A stretch of 53,725 bases of DNA from Myxococcales bacterium. Its GTDB lineage: Bacteria > Myxococcota_A > UBA9042. The stretch lies in the NCBI GenBank assembly GCA_037441385.1, contig JBBISH010000030.1, positions 1 through 53,725 on the forward strand, read 5' to 3'. Each line of letters starts with the position of its first letter. Position 1 is the first letter of the stretch. The position numbers and the translations under genes are program-made. Positions 1 through 8,780 of the stretch are shown here, in pieces. Below the pieces are notes generated by a model. It did no database searches and was not told the origin of the DNA. It worked only from the letters and a program-made list of their open reading frames with translations.

Positions 1-1
1 T

Positions 2-652
2 CCCAACAACGCCTGCCGGTCGTGCGACCCCAGCAAGTCCACCGTCGCTTGGTCGGTCAGCGCCGGCTTCTGCTTCATCGAGGGCGTCTGCGTGGCGAGC
101 GGCGGCAAAGAGGCCAGCAGCGGCGGCTGCAAGGTCTGCGACACCAAGACGCCGACCGCCTGGACCCAGAAAGTCGCCGGCACCAGTTGCAGCGCTGGCA
201 GTTCGTGCATCACCGGCGCCAAGTGCGACGCGACGGGCGCCTGCACCGGCACCAAAGCGGCCAACTGCTGCGTGACCGACGACGACTGCACCAACGACCC
301 GTCGCTCAGCCCAGAAGCCTGTCAATTCAAGGGTTGCGACAAGGTCACCACCAAGTGCATCTTGAAGCAAACGCCTGGCTGCTGCACCGCTGGCGTCTGC
401 TGCGATGTGGGCGGCATGACCTTCAAGCCCGCCGGCACACCGTGCAGCACCATGGTGGTCGACTGGCAGTACAAGTGCGACGGCGATCAAGGCCTCAAGC
501 GGCCCACGTACTATGGCTGCACGGGCAACGACGCCTCCAAGTGCTCGAGCAGCAGCCCCGGCTACGGCGACTGGGTGACCTCGCTCAAGTGCAGCGTGGG
601 CGATATCTGCGTCGACAACGGCAACGGCTCGCTGTCGTGCAAGACCCCGTAG
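2..652 (+). CDS. Cys-rich extracellular repeat protein, C-terminal part (5' end outside window)
   Basis: Frame is open from base 2 (PNNACRSCDPSKSTVAWS...) to TAG at 650-652. It has a repeated CxxCDxxxxxxAW unit, CC pairs and strong G/C third-position bias. Confidence 0.85.
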   Translation, partial: PNNACRSCDPSKSTVAWSVSAGFCFIEGVCVASGGKEASSGGCKVCDTKTPTAWTQKVAGTSCSAGSSCITGAKCDATGACTGTKAANCCVTDDDCTNDPSLSPEACQFKGCDKVTTKCILKQTPGCCTAGVCCDVGGMTFKPAGTPCSTMVVDWQYKCDGDQGLKRPTYYGCTGNDASKCSSSSPGYGDWVTSLKCSVGDICVDNGNGSLSCKTP

Positions 653-675
653 CCCACCTGGATTCTCAAACACAC

Positions 676-704
676 TTGCAGTCTTGGCGGCGTTGCAGTA
701 CCCT
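676..704 (+). promoter_or_regulatory. Putative sigma70-type promoter of the PPC-like lipoprotein gene
   Basis: TTGCAG (676-681), 17 nt spacer, TACCCT (699-704), in the intergenic region. Confidence 0.45.
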
Positions 705-825
705 ACTGCACCTTCGCGTGGGGCTCATTTGGGTCAAGCCGAAGAAAGTCCGGTAGTTCGGTGTGCGGTGCTGCGGAAGGTGTCCGCGGCCACTGGTTGA
801 TCAGTTTGGGCCCGCCGGCCCACAA

Positions 826-870
826 GCCCTGGATCCGGCACCCCTGGACCGGGCATCCCTGGATGGAGAC
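826..870 (+). repeat. Three imperfect 15-bp tandem repeats (core CCCTGGA) in the 5' UTR
   Basis: gccctggatccggca / cccctggaccgggca / tccctggatggagac, ending just before the GGAG RBS of the gene at 895. Confidence 0.6.
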
Positions 871-894
871 GTCCTGACATTGCACGGAGCAGAC

Positions 895-2445
895 ATGCGC
901 ACTTGGTTTTCCAAACTTCCCATGGCCGTGGTAGCGACTGCTGCCCTTAGCTTGGCTGCCTGCGGCTCGGATAGCGGCAACAACAATACGGCCAGCACGA
1001 CCGACACGGGCTCCACGGCCGACTCCAACACGGTGAAGGACACCGCCGGCAACGATGCAACCACCGCTGGCGACACCAAGACCGACGTCAAGACCGATGT
1101 CAAAGCCGACACCACCAAGGACACCGCGAAGCCCGAGGACACCGACGGCAAGATCGATGGCGCGACCGAGATGACGCTGGACGATCAGAGCGGCGCCATG
1201 GTCGGTCAAGACACCTTGGACCCCACCGGCGACGTGGACTATTGGAGCTTTACCGGCAAGAAAGGTCAGCTGATCGACTTGGTGATCCAGACGAACCAGC
1301 AGAACGCGCCCTTCGACCCCGACACCATCGACACGTTCATCACCTTGTACGGTCCGGACAAGAAGCAGATCGCCCTCAACGACGATCAGCCGGCGTTCCA
1401 GAACAACGACAGCGAGATCCTGACCGTTCTGCCCACCGACGGCACCTACTACGTGCGCGTCGAAGAGTGCTGGACCTGGGTCGGCCTGCACCCCACCGCT
1501 GGCGGCACCTGCGGCGACCCGGTGGACAAGGTCAACGTAGACTACGTGCTCGCGGCCTACGAGCTGAACGCGACGAAGCAGACCAACATCAACCCCGAAG
1601 TGGCCGAGCCCAATGACACCACCGCGACCAAGGTGGGCTATCAGATGGGCAGCAAGGCCTACCTCCAGACCGTTGTGTACGGCACTCTGTCCAGCGCGAC
1701 GGACGTCGACGTCTACCAGTTCACTCCGCCTCTGGACTCGACCGTCAGCGAAGGCCGCGCCACCTGCCGCATCGACGCCGGCTTCCCGGGCGTCAACGGC
1801 AACGGTTCCACGCTCGACGGCTTGGTGGTCTCGGTCGCCTCCGAGTCGACCCCCACGGTCGTCTTGGCGCAGGCCGATGTCTACAAGGGCGCCGTCGACG
1901 TGCCTTGCACGCTCGGTCAGTCGTACCTGATGACCGTCAAGCGCATCGCCAACAGCAAGACCGGCAGCTCCGACTTCTACATCATCACCCACAGCGTGGG
2001 CGGCTCGAACCCGCTGGAGAAGGCCGAGTCGGCCAACGACACCGCCGCGGGCGCCGAGGTGCTGACCTCGCAGAAGACCAGCAAGGGTCTGGACGCCTAC
2101 TACATCGCGGGTGACCTGATCAACCAAGCCAAGGATGTCGACTACTTCTCGGTCAAGGTGCCTACCGGCGCCAAGACTTTGAGCGTCTACTGCGCCGCCA
2201 TGAGCTACGGCTCGGGCCTGGTTGGCTTTACCGCCGAGGTCAAGACCGACGCCGACGCCACCATCCCCAACGGCACCGGCGCCGAAAACCTGACCGACGC
2301 CAAGAAGCCCTTGGGCGTTGCCATCGACAAACTGGCCGTCCCGGCCGGCGCGACCAAGCTGCTGGTCAAGCTCTCGGCCGCGTCGCAAGACCCGGTCGTG
2401 ACCGGCGCCTACTACCTGTGTGGCATCCCCTTCGCCACCAAGTAG
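895..2445 (+). CDS. Secreted lipoprotein with Thr/Asp-rich linker and PPC (pre-peptidase C-terminal)-like domains
   Basis: ATG at 895 follows GGAG; lipobox LAAC. PPC-type motifs DVDYWSF, DTFITLYGPD..IALNDD, DGTYYVRV, EPNDT, DVDVYQF, ESANDT and DVDYFSV suggest three domains. Confidence 0.8.
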   Translation: MRTWFSKLPMAVVATAALSLAACGSDSGNNNTASTTDTGSTADSNTVKDTAGNDATTAGDTKTDVKTDVKADTTKDTAKPEDTDGKIDGATEMTLDDQSGAMVGQDTLDPTGDVDYWSFTGKKGQLIDLVIQTNQQNAPFDPDTIDTFITLYGPDKKQIALNDDQPAFQNNDSEILTVLPTDGTYYVRVEECWTWVGLHPTAGGTCGDPVDKVNVDYVLAAYELNATKQTNINPEVAEPNDTTATKVGYQMGSKAYLQTVVYGTLSSATDVDVYQFTPPLDSTVSEGRATCRIDAGFPGVNGNGSTLDGLVVSVASESTPTVVLAQADVYKGAVDVPCTLGQSYLMTVKRIANSKTGSSDFYIITHSVGGSNPLEKAESANDTAAGAEVLTSQKTSKGLDAYYIAGDLINQAKDVDYFSVKVPTGAKTLSVYCAAMSYGSGLVGFTAEVKTDADATIPNGTGAENLTDAKKPLGVAIDKLAVPAGATKLLVKLSAASQDPVVTGAYYLCGIPFATK

Positions 2446-2464
2446 TTTGACCTGAAACGCGCTT

Positions 2465-2515
2465 GCGGCCGTCGCGGCAGGGGCAACCCGAGCTGCGGCG
2501 GCCGCGGCGTTTTTT
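2465..2515 (+). terminator. Rho-independent terminator
   Basis: GCGGCCGTCGCGGC...GCTGCGGCGGCCGC stem with a GCAA loop, followed by a T-run, right after the stop at 2445. Confidence 0.75.
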
Positions 2516-2543
2516 GCGACCGCGATCTGCGCCTTGCAACGCG

Positions 2544-2611
2544 GTGCGTCAATACGTACTGGGTAGGGGACGTGCGTCAATCCGCGCAATAATGCACTGG
2601 AATTGACGCAC
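2544..2611. promoter_or_regulatory. Triple GTGCGTCAAT box (two direct, one inverted); candidate regulator binding sites
   Basis: GTGCGTCAAT at 2544-2553 and 2572-2581; its reverse complement ATTGACGCAC at 2602-2611. Confidence 0.55.
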
Positions 2612-2807
2612 ACCCGCAACTACGGTTGGCGCCAAGCACATTCACTGGAGTCGAAAGGACCCATTTGTGCTGGTCGCGGTCGCGGCAGCGAGAACTTTTT
2701 GCTTCCCAAACGTCACCAAGCTCGGTATCCTGCTCCGTTTGCCCCGGCAGCGGCCGGACGACGCAGCATCGCAGGGACTTCCTGCCCAGCCCCAGGTAAA
2801 AAAAGCA

Positions 2808-5800
2808 ATGAAACTTCAGCTTCTCCTCTCGACTCTCCGAGCCCCAGCCTCGTTTCATCGAGCGCAAGCCTCGTCTCTTCGAGCGCCGGCCCGATTGCCG
2901 ATGGCCGGCGGTTCGCGCCTCAGCGTCCGCTGGATGGGTGCGCTCCTGCTTGCGATGATCGTCGCGGGCCTCGCCGGCTGTGCCGAAGAGCGCGCGCCGA
3001 TCAACCGCGTCCAACCGCTCTATCTCAAGAAGGCGTTCTTTGTCGGCAACGACTTGGTGAGCACCAAGGACGATCCCGAGTTCTGGGCGCGCGCCACCGT
3101 CGTCGACGTGGGCTACGGCGCCGCGCAAGACGGCCTGTTCACCTCGACGTATGCGCAGCCGCTGTCGCGCATCAAGTGGCAAATCACCGAGGACTTGCTG
3201 ATCGGCCGCCTCTCGTACGAGCGCATCGAGGGCTCGGACGGCAAGGGCGTGGGCAAGGCGACCCAGGACGGCGTCATCGTTTGCGCCTTCCACATCCAGT
3301 CGCACTTCGACATCCGTCACGCCTACAACTCGACGACCGGCGAAGAGATCAACGTGCTCGAAGAAAACGCGGTGGACCGTCCGTGGTACCAGCGCGAGTA
3401 CTTCCGCGTCGACTGGTCCAAGAACCTGAACACCGATAGCTACGACTTCGACACCCTGTCGATGATGGGCATCTACGGTGGCATTCAGTACGAAGGCCTG
3501 GCCTACAACGTGCAGGATCCCAACGACGAAAGCGCGCCCTTCTTCGCCAAAGACGGTAGCTACTTCGACATCACCAGCAAGGCCTTCGCCAAGCCGGGCG
3601 TGGTCGATCTGTCGCACCTGGGCTGGGGCATCGACAGCTTCCCGTCTTGCTTCCTGGACGCCGACTTCGCGGGCGGCACCGCCCCCGCCGGTTCGTGCAA
3701 CCCGATCGAAATCACCTTGCGCCACAGCTTCCGCCGCGTCGTCGACACCGACTACGAGCCGCAGCAGTGGGACGGCTTCCGCTTCCAGGCCGCTGGCGCC
3801 TTCACGGTCGAGCGTTCGGGCTACGCCCGCAACTACGGCATGACCGACGAGAAGTGGTACCGCATGATCGAGCGCTACAACGTGTGGGAGCAGAGCCACG
3901 CGTACTACGCTGCGGACGCCAAGGGCAAGCCCGTGCTCAGCTCGCCGGTGGCCTACACCGCCGAGGGCGCCACGCCGGTCAAGTGCTACGTGCCTACCAG
4001 CGCCTGCAACGACGGTTCGTGCGTCGGCACGCCCTACGGCAAGGATCCGCACCGCGACGACAACGGCGACGGCACCGAAGACGAATGCGCCGCGGTCGGC
4101 GCGGGCTCGCGCTGCGACACGTTCCGCCAGCGCTGCACGCTGCCCTTTGCCCAGCGCACCGAGAAGACGATCGTCTGGTACACCGCTGAGCCGAACAACC
4201 CCACGTTCTTCCAGGCCACTGAAGACGCTGCCCACGAGTGGGACGTCGCCATGCGCCTCGCCGTCCGCACCGCCAAGTACGCCGAGTGCGCTCGCCTGGG
4301 CGGCGCCGACTGCGCCACCAAGTTCCCCGTCTACAACGGCCAGCAGACCGACAACGACGACGCCATCGCTCTGGCCCGCGAAGTCGACGACTGCCGTCAC
4401 GGCATCGCCTACAAGGAACTCGGTCGCAACGAGACGGCTTGCACGGCTCTGGCCGACAGCATCGGCGCCAAGCGCGGTTCGCCCGCCGGCGTCATCGCGA
4501 TTGCCAAGGCCCCCGAGATGGTGGTCCTGTGCCACAGCCCCGTTCAGGCCAACGACCCCGCCGCTTGCGCCCCGGCCGACAAGCGCCTGCCCGCCGGCGT
4601 GACGGCCGAGCAGTGCGGCATCGCCCGCGCCAACGCCGACAGCGCCACCATGGCTCTGTGCGAAGGCGCTCTGCGTGTTCGCCGCGGCGACCTGCGCTAC
4701 AACCAGTGCAACAACATCGTCGAGCCCGCCACCCCGTCGCCGTGGGGCATCATGGTCGACGGCCACGACCCGCTGACCGGCGAGGAAGTCGCCGCCAGCA
4801 TCAACGTCTGGACCTACATCAACGACCTGTGGAGCCAGGGCGTCGTCGACATGTCGCGCTACATTGCCGGCGAACTCAAGACCGGCGACATCACCGAAGG
4901 CAAGTACATCAAGGACTGGACCGCCGCCGCCACCGCCGCTTCGGCCAACGGCCTGGCCGGCCAGATGGACGAAGATCAGGTCCGCGAGCGCGTCGCGGCC
5001 TCGGGCACCGGCAAGCCGATGACCCCCGAGCAGATGCGCCAGTTCGCCGAGCAGAACCCCGGCGCGGTGCAGAAGATCAAGGACATCCGTCAGCAGTTGG
5101 GCGATGTGCGCGCTTCGATGGATGCCCCCTCGGCCGCGGCGCCGACCTACCTGGCCCGCCGCACCGCCGCCGCCGGCACCGCTTTCGAGGCGGCGCTGAT
5201 GACGCCGATGATGCAGCAGTTGCACGGCATTTCGGGGCTGCCCCTGTCGCAGGGCCTGATGGACATGGTCTCGCCGATGCGCGGTGGCAATCCGGCCGTG
5301 CAGCGCGGTCTGCGTCAGATGAAGCAGCAGGCCCTGGCCGAGCGCGGCGCTTGCGTCATGGAGATGGCCGACGCCCCGCTGGCGATTGCTGGCTTGGCCG
5401 ACATCCTCCAAGAGAAGTTTGGCAAGTTCAACCCGAATGACACGCCGGACGTGCAGCAAGCCCGCGCCGAGCGCATGCGCAAGTACCTGGCCAGCCGCGT
5501 CCACTACGCGGTCATCATCCACGAGATGGGCCACTCGATGGCGCTGCGCCACAACTTCATCTCGTCGGCCGATGCCTGGGGCTACCGCCCGCAGTACTGG
5601 CAGCTCCGTTCGCAGAACGGCGCCGAGAACAAGCTGTGCTCCAAGCTGACCACCGACGGCACGCAATGCATCGGTCCGCGCTGGTTCGACCCCGTGACCA
5701 AGCAAGAGCGCGACAACCTGATCTGGATGTGGATGCAGTCCTCCGTGATGGACTACGCCGGCGAAGCCACCCAGGACATGCTGGGCCTGGGCGCCTACGA

Positions 5801-7814
5801 CTTCCACGCGGTGCGTATGTTCTACGGCGACGTCGTCACCGTGCACGCCGACGACTCGTACTTGGTCGGCTCCAAGCGCGGCGTGGGCATGCTGGCCAAG
5901 ATGGACAACTTTGGCGGCATCCTGGGTCTGGAGCCCGAAATTGGCAGTGGCGCGGACAGCAACCCGATCCACTACTCGGACCTGCAGAACAAGTACCAGC
6001 TGATTTCGGATTGCACCGAGACCGATCCCGCCAACTGGAAGCCCGGCCGCTGGGACAACAGCCGCGACGGCGAGTTCCACCCGGTCCTGGACGGTCTGCT
6101 GCCCAAGGTGGGCGAGACCTACTCGCGTTGCCGTCAGCAGGTGGTCGACTACGTGCCGTGGTCCACCATGCGCAATCCGGTCACCAAGGCCAACGCCACG
6201 GGCGGCGCCAAGGTCGAGTTCTCTGGCTTCTACCGCGGCGGCCCCGCGGTCGACCCCGCTGGTCGCGTCCGCGTGCCGTACGGCTTCGCCACGGATCGTT
6301 GGGCCGACTTGGGCAACGCCAGCGTTTACCGCCACGACAACGGCGCCGACAACTACGAAGTCTTCAACTTCATGAAGACCCAGGCCGAAGTGAACCACAT
6401 CTTCGACAACTACCGCCGTGGCCGCCACAGCTTCACGGTGCGCGGTGCCTTCAGCCGCTCGCTGAGCCGCTACTACGAGAAGATGCGCGACGGCGCCAAG
6501 GGCCTTGGCCTGTTCCGCAACATCTACAACGATGTGGCCTACGAAGCCGGGCTGAACCCCGACGATATGTGGACCTACGCGTCGCAGAACTTCTTCCAGA
6601 ACGCGATCCTGGCTGCCGGCTTGGTGTTCGATCACTTCACCATGATCGCCCAGCGCCCCGAGGCGGGCCCGCACTACCTGGACGCCAACTCCGGCGTGCT
6701 CAAGCCCACCTCGGCGAAAATGTCGAACGCCCAGACGACCGACCTGGTCACCATCCCCAATGGCGCCACTGGCTACATGGGCAATGTGGGCCTGGGCGGC
6801 CGCTTGGTCGAGAACACGCTGGCCGACAACAAGGGCGAGTACGACTCCGAGTACACCTTGAACGCCGGTTCGTACTACGAGAAGTCCTACGTCCCGATGC
6901 TGCTGGCCGAGTCGGTCGACAACTTCATCAGCTCGACGCTGGGCGACTTCACGGATTCGCGCTACCGCTCGGTTTCGGTCGCCGACCTGTTCCCCGACGG
7001 CTACCGTCGTTTCATGGCCAACGCCCTGACCAACGACGAAGACCTCAAGGGCGCGCGCATCGCGTCGAACAACAAGAAGCCCGCCATCGACGGCGAGCAG
7101 TACCCGTCGCTGCCCATCGGCTTCACCTCGTGGTGGGGCCAGACGCCGCAAAGCTGCTTCCCGGCCAACGGCACGACCATCTGCCGTTCGTTCGGCAGCA
7201 AGGTGGACACGGCGTTCGCTGCGCAGAAGGTCCCCGAGGCCCTGCCGGTGCAGGCGCAGATCGGCTTTGAGCAGCAGAAGTTCTTGATCGCTTGGACGAT
7301 GCTGTACCTGTTCGAAAACCAGAAGCACGACTGGATCGACAAGCTGCGCATCTGGGAGCTGGGCGTCGACGCCAACCCCGAATTGGGCGCCGGCCGTATC
7401 GAGCTGCACTACCCCGGCGGCAAGACCTACGTGGCGCGCACCTTCGGCAAGGAAACCATCTTTGGCAAGAGCGTGCAGAAGGGCATCGCCGCCCGCGTGC
7501 TCGAGTACGCCAACAGCTTGGTCAACCTGGCCTACGAGACCAACCCCGGCCCCGACACCGACGGTGACGGCAATCCCGACTGGTACGAGCCGAAGCTCGG
7601 CCCCACCGGCATGCCGCTGGTCAAGTACGACGCCAGCGTCAAGTCCGCCACTGGGGCCCCGACCAAGTGCACCGCCAAGGACAACTCGACGTGCGTTTGC
7701 GAAGAGAACCTGGCCTGCATGAAGCTGAAGGACTACATGTCGGTGCCCGCGTACCTGCGCGAAGCGATCGACGCCTTCCAGTTCGGCAGCCCGCACCAGA
7801 AGGGTGTGTTCTAG
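2808..7814 (+). CDS. Very large lipoprotein zinc metalloprotease (Met-zincin/DUF4953-like)
   Basis: Lipobox LAGC; zinc motif HEMGHSMALRHNF and Met-turn SSVMDY; DxDxDG-type Ca-binding loops; many Cys. The start is uncertain (2808 or 2901). Confidence 0.8.
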   Translation: MKLQLLLSTLRAPASFHRAQASSLRAPARLPMAGGSRLSVRWMGALLLAMIVAGLAGCAEERAPINRVQPLYLKKAFFVGNDLVSTKDDPEFWARATVVDVGYGAAQDGLFTSTYAQPLSRIKWQITEDLLIGRLSYERIEGSDGKGVGKATQDGVIVCAFHIQSHFDIRHAYNSTTGEEINVLEENAVDRPWYQREYFRVDWSKNLNTDSYDFDTLSMMGIYGGIQYEGLAYNVQDPNDESAPFFAKDGSYFDITSKAFAKPGVVDLSHLGWGIDSFPSCFLDADFAGGTAPAGSCNPIEITLRHSFRRVVDTDYEPQQWDGFRFQAAGAFTVERSGYARNYGMTDEKWYRMIERYNVWEQSHAYYAADAKGKPVLSSPVAYTAEGATPVKCYVPTSACNDGSCVGTPYGKDPHRDDNGDGTEDECAAVGAGSRCDTFRQRCTLPFAQRTEKTIVWYTAEPNNPTFFQATEDAAHEWDVAMRLAVRTAKYAECARLGGADCATKFPVYNGQQTDNDDAIALAREVDDCRHGIAYKELGRNETACTALADSIGAKRGSPAGVIAIAKAPEMVVLCHSPVQANDPAACAPADKRLPAGVTAEQCGIARANADSATMALCEGALRVRRGDLRYNQCNNIVEPATPSPWGIMVDGHDPLTGEEVAASINVWTYINDLWSQGVVDMSRYIAGELKTGDITEGKYIKDWTAAATAASANGLAGQMDEDQVRERVAASGTGKPMTPEQMRQFAEQNPGAVQKIKDIRQQLGDVRASMDAPSAAAPTYLARRTAAAGTAFEAALMTPMMQQLHGISGLPLSQGLMDMVSPMRGGNPAVQRGLRQMKQQALAERGACVMEMADAPLAIAGLADILQEKFGKFNPNDTPDVQQARAERMRKYLASRVHYAVIIHEMGHSMALRHNFISSADAWGYRPQYWQLRSQNGAENKLCSKLTTDGTQCIGPRWFDPVTKQERDNLIWMWMQSSVMDYAGEATQDMLGLGAYDFHAVRMFYGDVVTVHADDSYLVGSKRGVGMLAKMDNFGGILGLEPEIGSGADSNPIHYSDLQNKYQLISDCTETDPANWKPGRWDNSRDGEFHPVLDGLLPKVGETYSRCRQQVVDYVPWSTMRNPVTKANATGGAKVEFSGFYRGGPAVDPAGRVRVPYGFATDRWADLGNASVYRHDNGADNYEVFNFMKTQAEVNHIFDNYRRGRHSFTVRGAFSRSLSRYYEKMRDGAKGLGLFRNIYNDVAYEAGLNPDDMWTYASQNFFQNAILAAGLVFDHFTMIAQRPEAGPHYLDANSGVLKPTSAKMSNAQTTDLVTIPNGATGYMGNVGLGGRLVENTLADNKGEYDSEYTLNAGSYYEKSYVPMLLAESVDNFISSTLGDFTDSRYRSVSVADLFPDGYRRFMANALTNDEDLKGARIASNNKKPAIDGEQYPSLPIGFTSWWGQTPQSCFPANGTTICRSFGSKVDTAFAAQKVPEALPVQAQIGFEQQKFLIAWTMLYLFENQKHDWIDKLRIWELGVDANPELGAGRIELHYPGGKTYVARTFGKETIFGKSVQKGIAARVLEYANSLVNLAYETNPGPDTDGDGNPDWYEPKLGPTGMPLVKYDASVKSATGAPTKCTAKDNSTCVCEENLACMKLKDYMSVPAYLREAIDAFQFGSPHQKGVF

Positions 7815-7827
7815 GTTAGCTAGCTAG

Positions 7828-7886
7828 CCGCAAAATACCGGCGGCCGCCTTGGGGAAACCTGGGGCGGCCGTTGGCGTTTTGGCGG
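7828..7886 (+). terminator. Long hairpin terminator, possibly bidirectional
   Basis: GCGGCCGCCTTGGG-GAAA-CCTGGGGCGGCCGT flanked by CAAAA and TTTTG, between convergent genes. Confidence 0.7.
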
Positions 7887-7896
7887 CGAGCAGAGA

Positions 7897-7921
7897 GGGT
7901 CAGGTATTGACACTTGACACC
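7897..7921 (+). repeat. REP-like GGGTCAGGT-(TTGACAC)x2 motif
   Basis: GGGTCAGGTATTGACACTTGACACC shares GGGTCAGGT with the element at 16740-16752. Confidence 0.4.
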
Positions 7922-8189
7922 TTTGGCACGTTGGAGTCGCCGCCGGAGCCAAGGGGACCCCGCCTGCCCGCAGGGATGGGCGAGTCCAGTGGACTCGGCC
8001 AAGTGGGGACTGGAGCCAGAGCCGGAGCCGGATCCCGAGCCTGAACGTGCTCCCGATCCAGGCTCTGGCCCCGAATCCGAACCAAAGGTCGCGTCACCGT
8101 CGCGGCGAAACGGGCAAGCGCCTTCAGCGACTCGCCGCGCCGAACTCGAGACCGCGGGTGTCCGGAAAAATCCTAGATTGATCGAGTCC

Positions 8190-8723
8190 CTAGCTGCTCA
8201 GTCCGCGGCGAAACGCCCGCAGATTGACCTCGCCGTAGGCCTTCTTGCTGCCGGTGTAGCTGGCCTCGATGGCGTGCTCGATCGACGCCACCGACACGAT
8301 GCCGCAGTGGGCCACGTACGCGCCGAGCATGACCATGTTGGCGGCCTTGCCACTGCCCTCGGCTTCGGCGAGCTCGTTGGCCGGCACCAGCACGGTGCGC
8401 AGGTCGCTGCGCTGCACCGGCTCGTCGATGAGCGAGCTGTTGATCACCAGCAGACCGCCGGGCGCCAGCGATGGCTCGAACTTGTCCAGCGATGGGCGGT
8501 TCATGACGATGGCGGCCTGCGCGTGCTCGACGAACGGGGAGCCGATGGGCTCGTCGTCGACCACCACCACGCAATTGGCAGTGCCGCCGCGCATTTCTGG
8601 CCCGTAGCTGGGCAGCCAGGTGACGTGACGCCCCTCGTCCATCGCGGCCTTGGCTAGCAGTTTGCCAATCGCCATCAAACCTTGGCCGCCAAATCCGGCC
8701 ATCACAACGTCTTGGTACGGCAT
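8190..8723 (-). CDS. 2-oxoacid:ferredoxin oxidoreductase gamma subunit
   Basis: AGFGGQG, PSYGPEMRGGTANC and ANMVMLGA motifs. Confidence 0.93.
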   Translation of the reverse strand: MPYQDVVMAGFGGQGLMAIGKLLAKAAMDEGRHVTWLPSYGPEMRGGTANCVVVVDDEPIGSPFVEHAQAAIVMNRPSLDKFEPSLAPGGLLVINSSLIDEPVQRSDLRTVLVPANELAEAEGSGKAANMVMLGAYVAHCGIVSVASIEHAIEASYTGSKKAYGEVNLRAFRRGLSS

Positions 8724-8748
8724 GAGCGCCTCCTGTCCGTGCGACTTG

Positions 8749-8768
8749 ATGTTTATCTAGATCAACAT
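8749..8768. promoter_or_regulatory. FNR/CRP-family-like palindrome
   Basis: ATG-TTTAT-CTAG-ATCAA-CAT. The core at 8752-8765 matches TTGAT-N4-ATCAA at 9/10 positions. Confidence 0.5.
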
Positions 8769-8780
8769 GCCGAACACGTT

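Noticed and set aside
740..753. GAAGAAAGTCCGG resembling the RNase P RNA 5' conserved motif
   Set aside because: None of the other rnpB conserved segments follow, and the space before the next gene is too short.
2577..7796. 1739 aa minus-strand ORF (also 703-2619 minus, 47312-49963 plus and similar long ORFs)
   Set aside because: These are antisense shadows of genes with strong G/C third-position bias. They have no motifs, and the opposite strand carries the recognisable protein.
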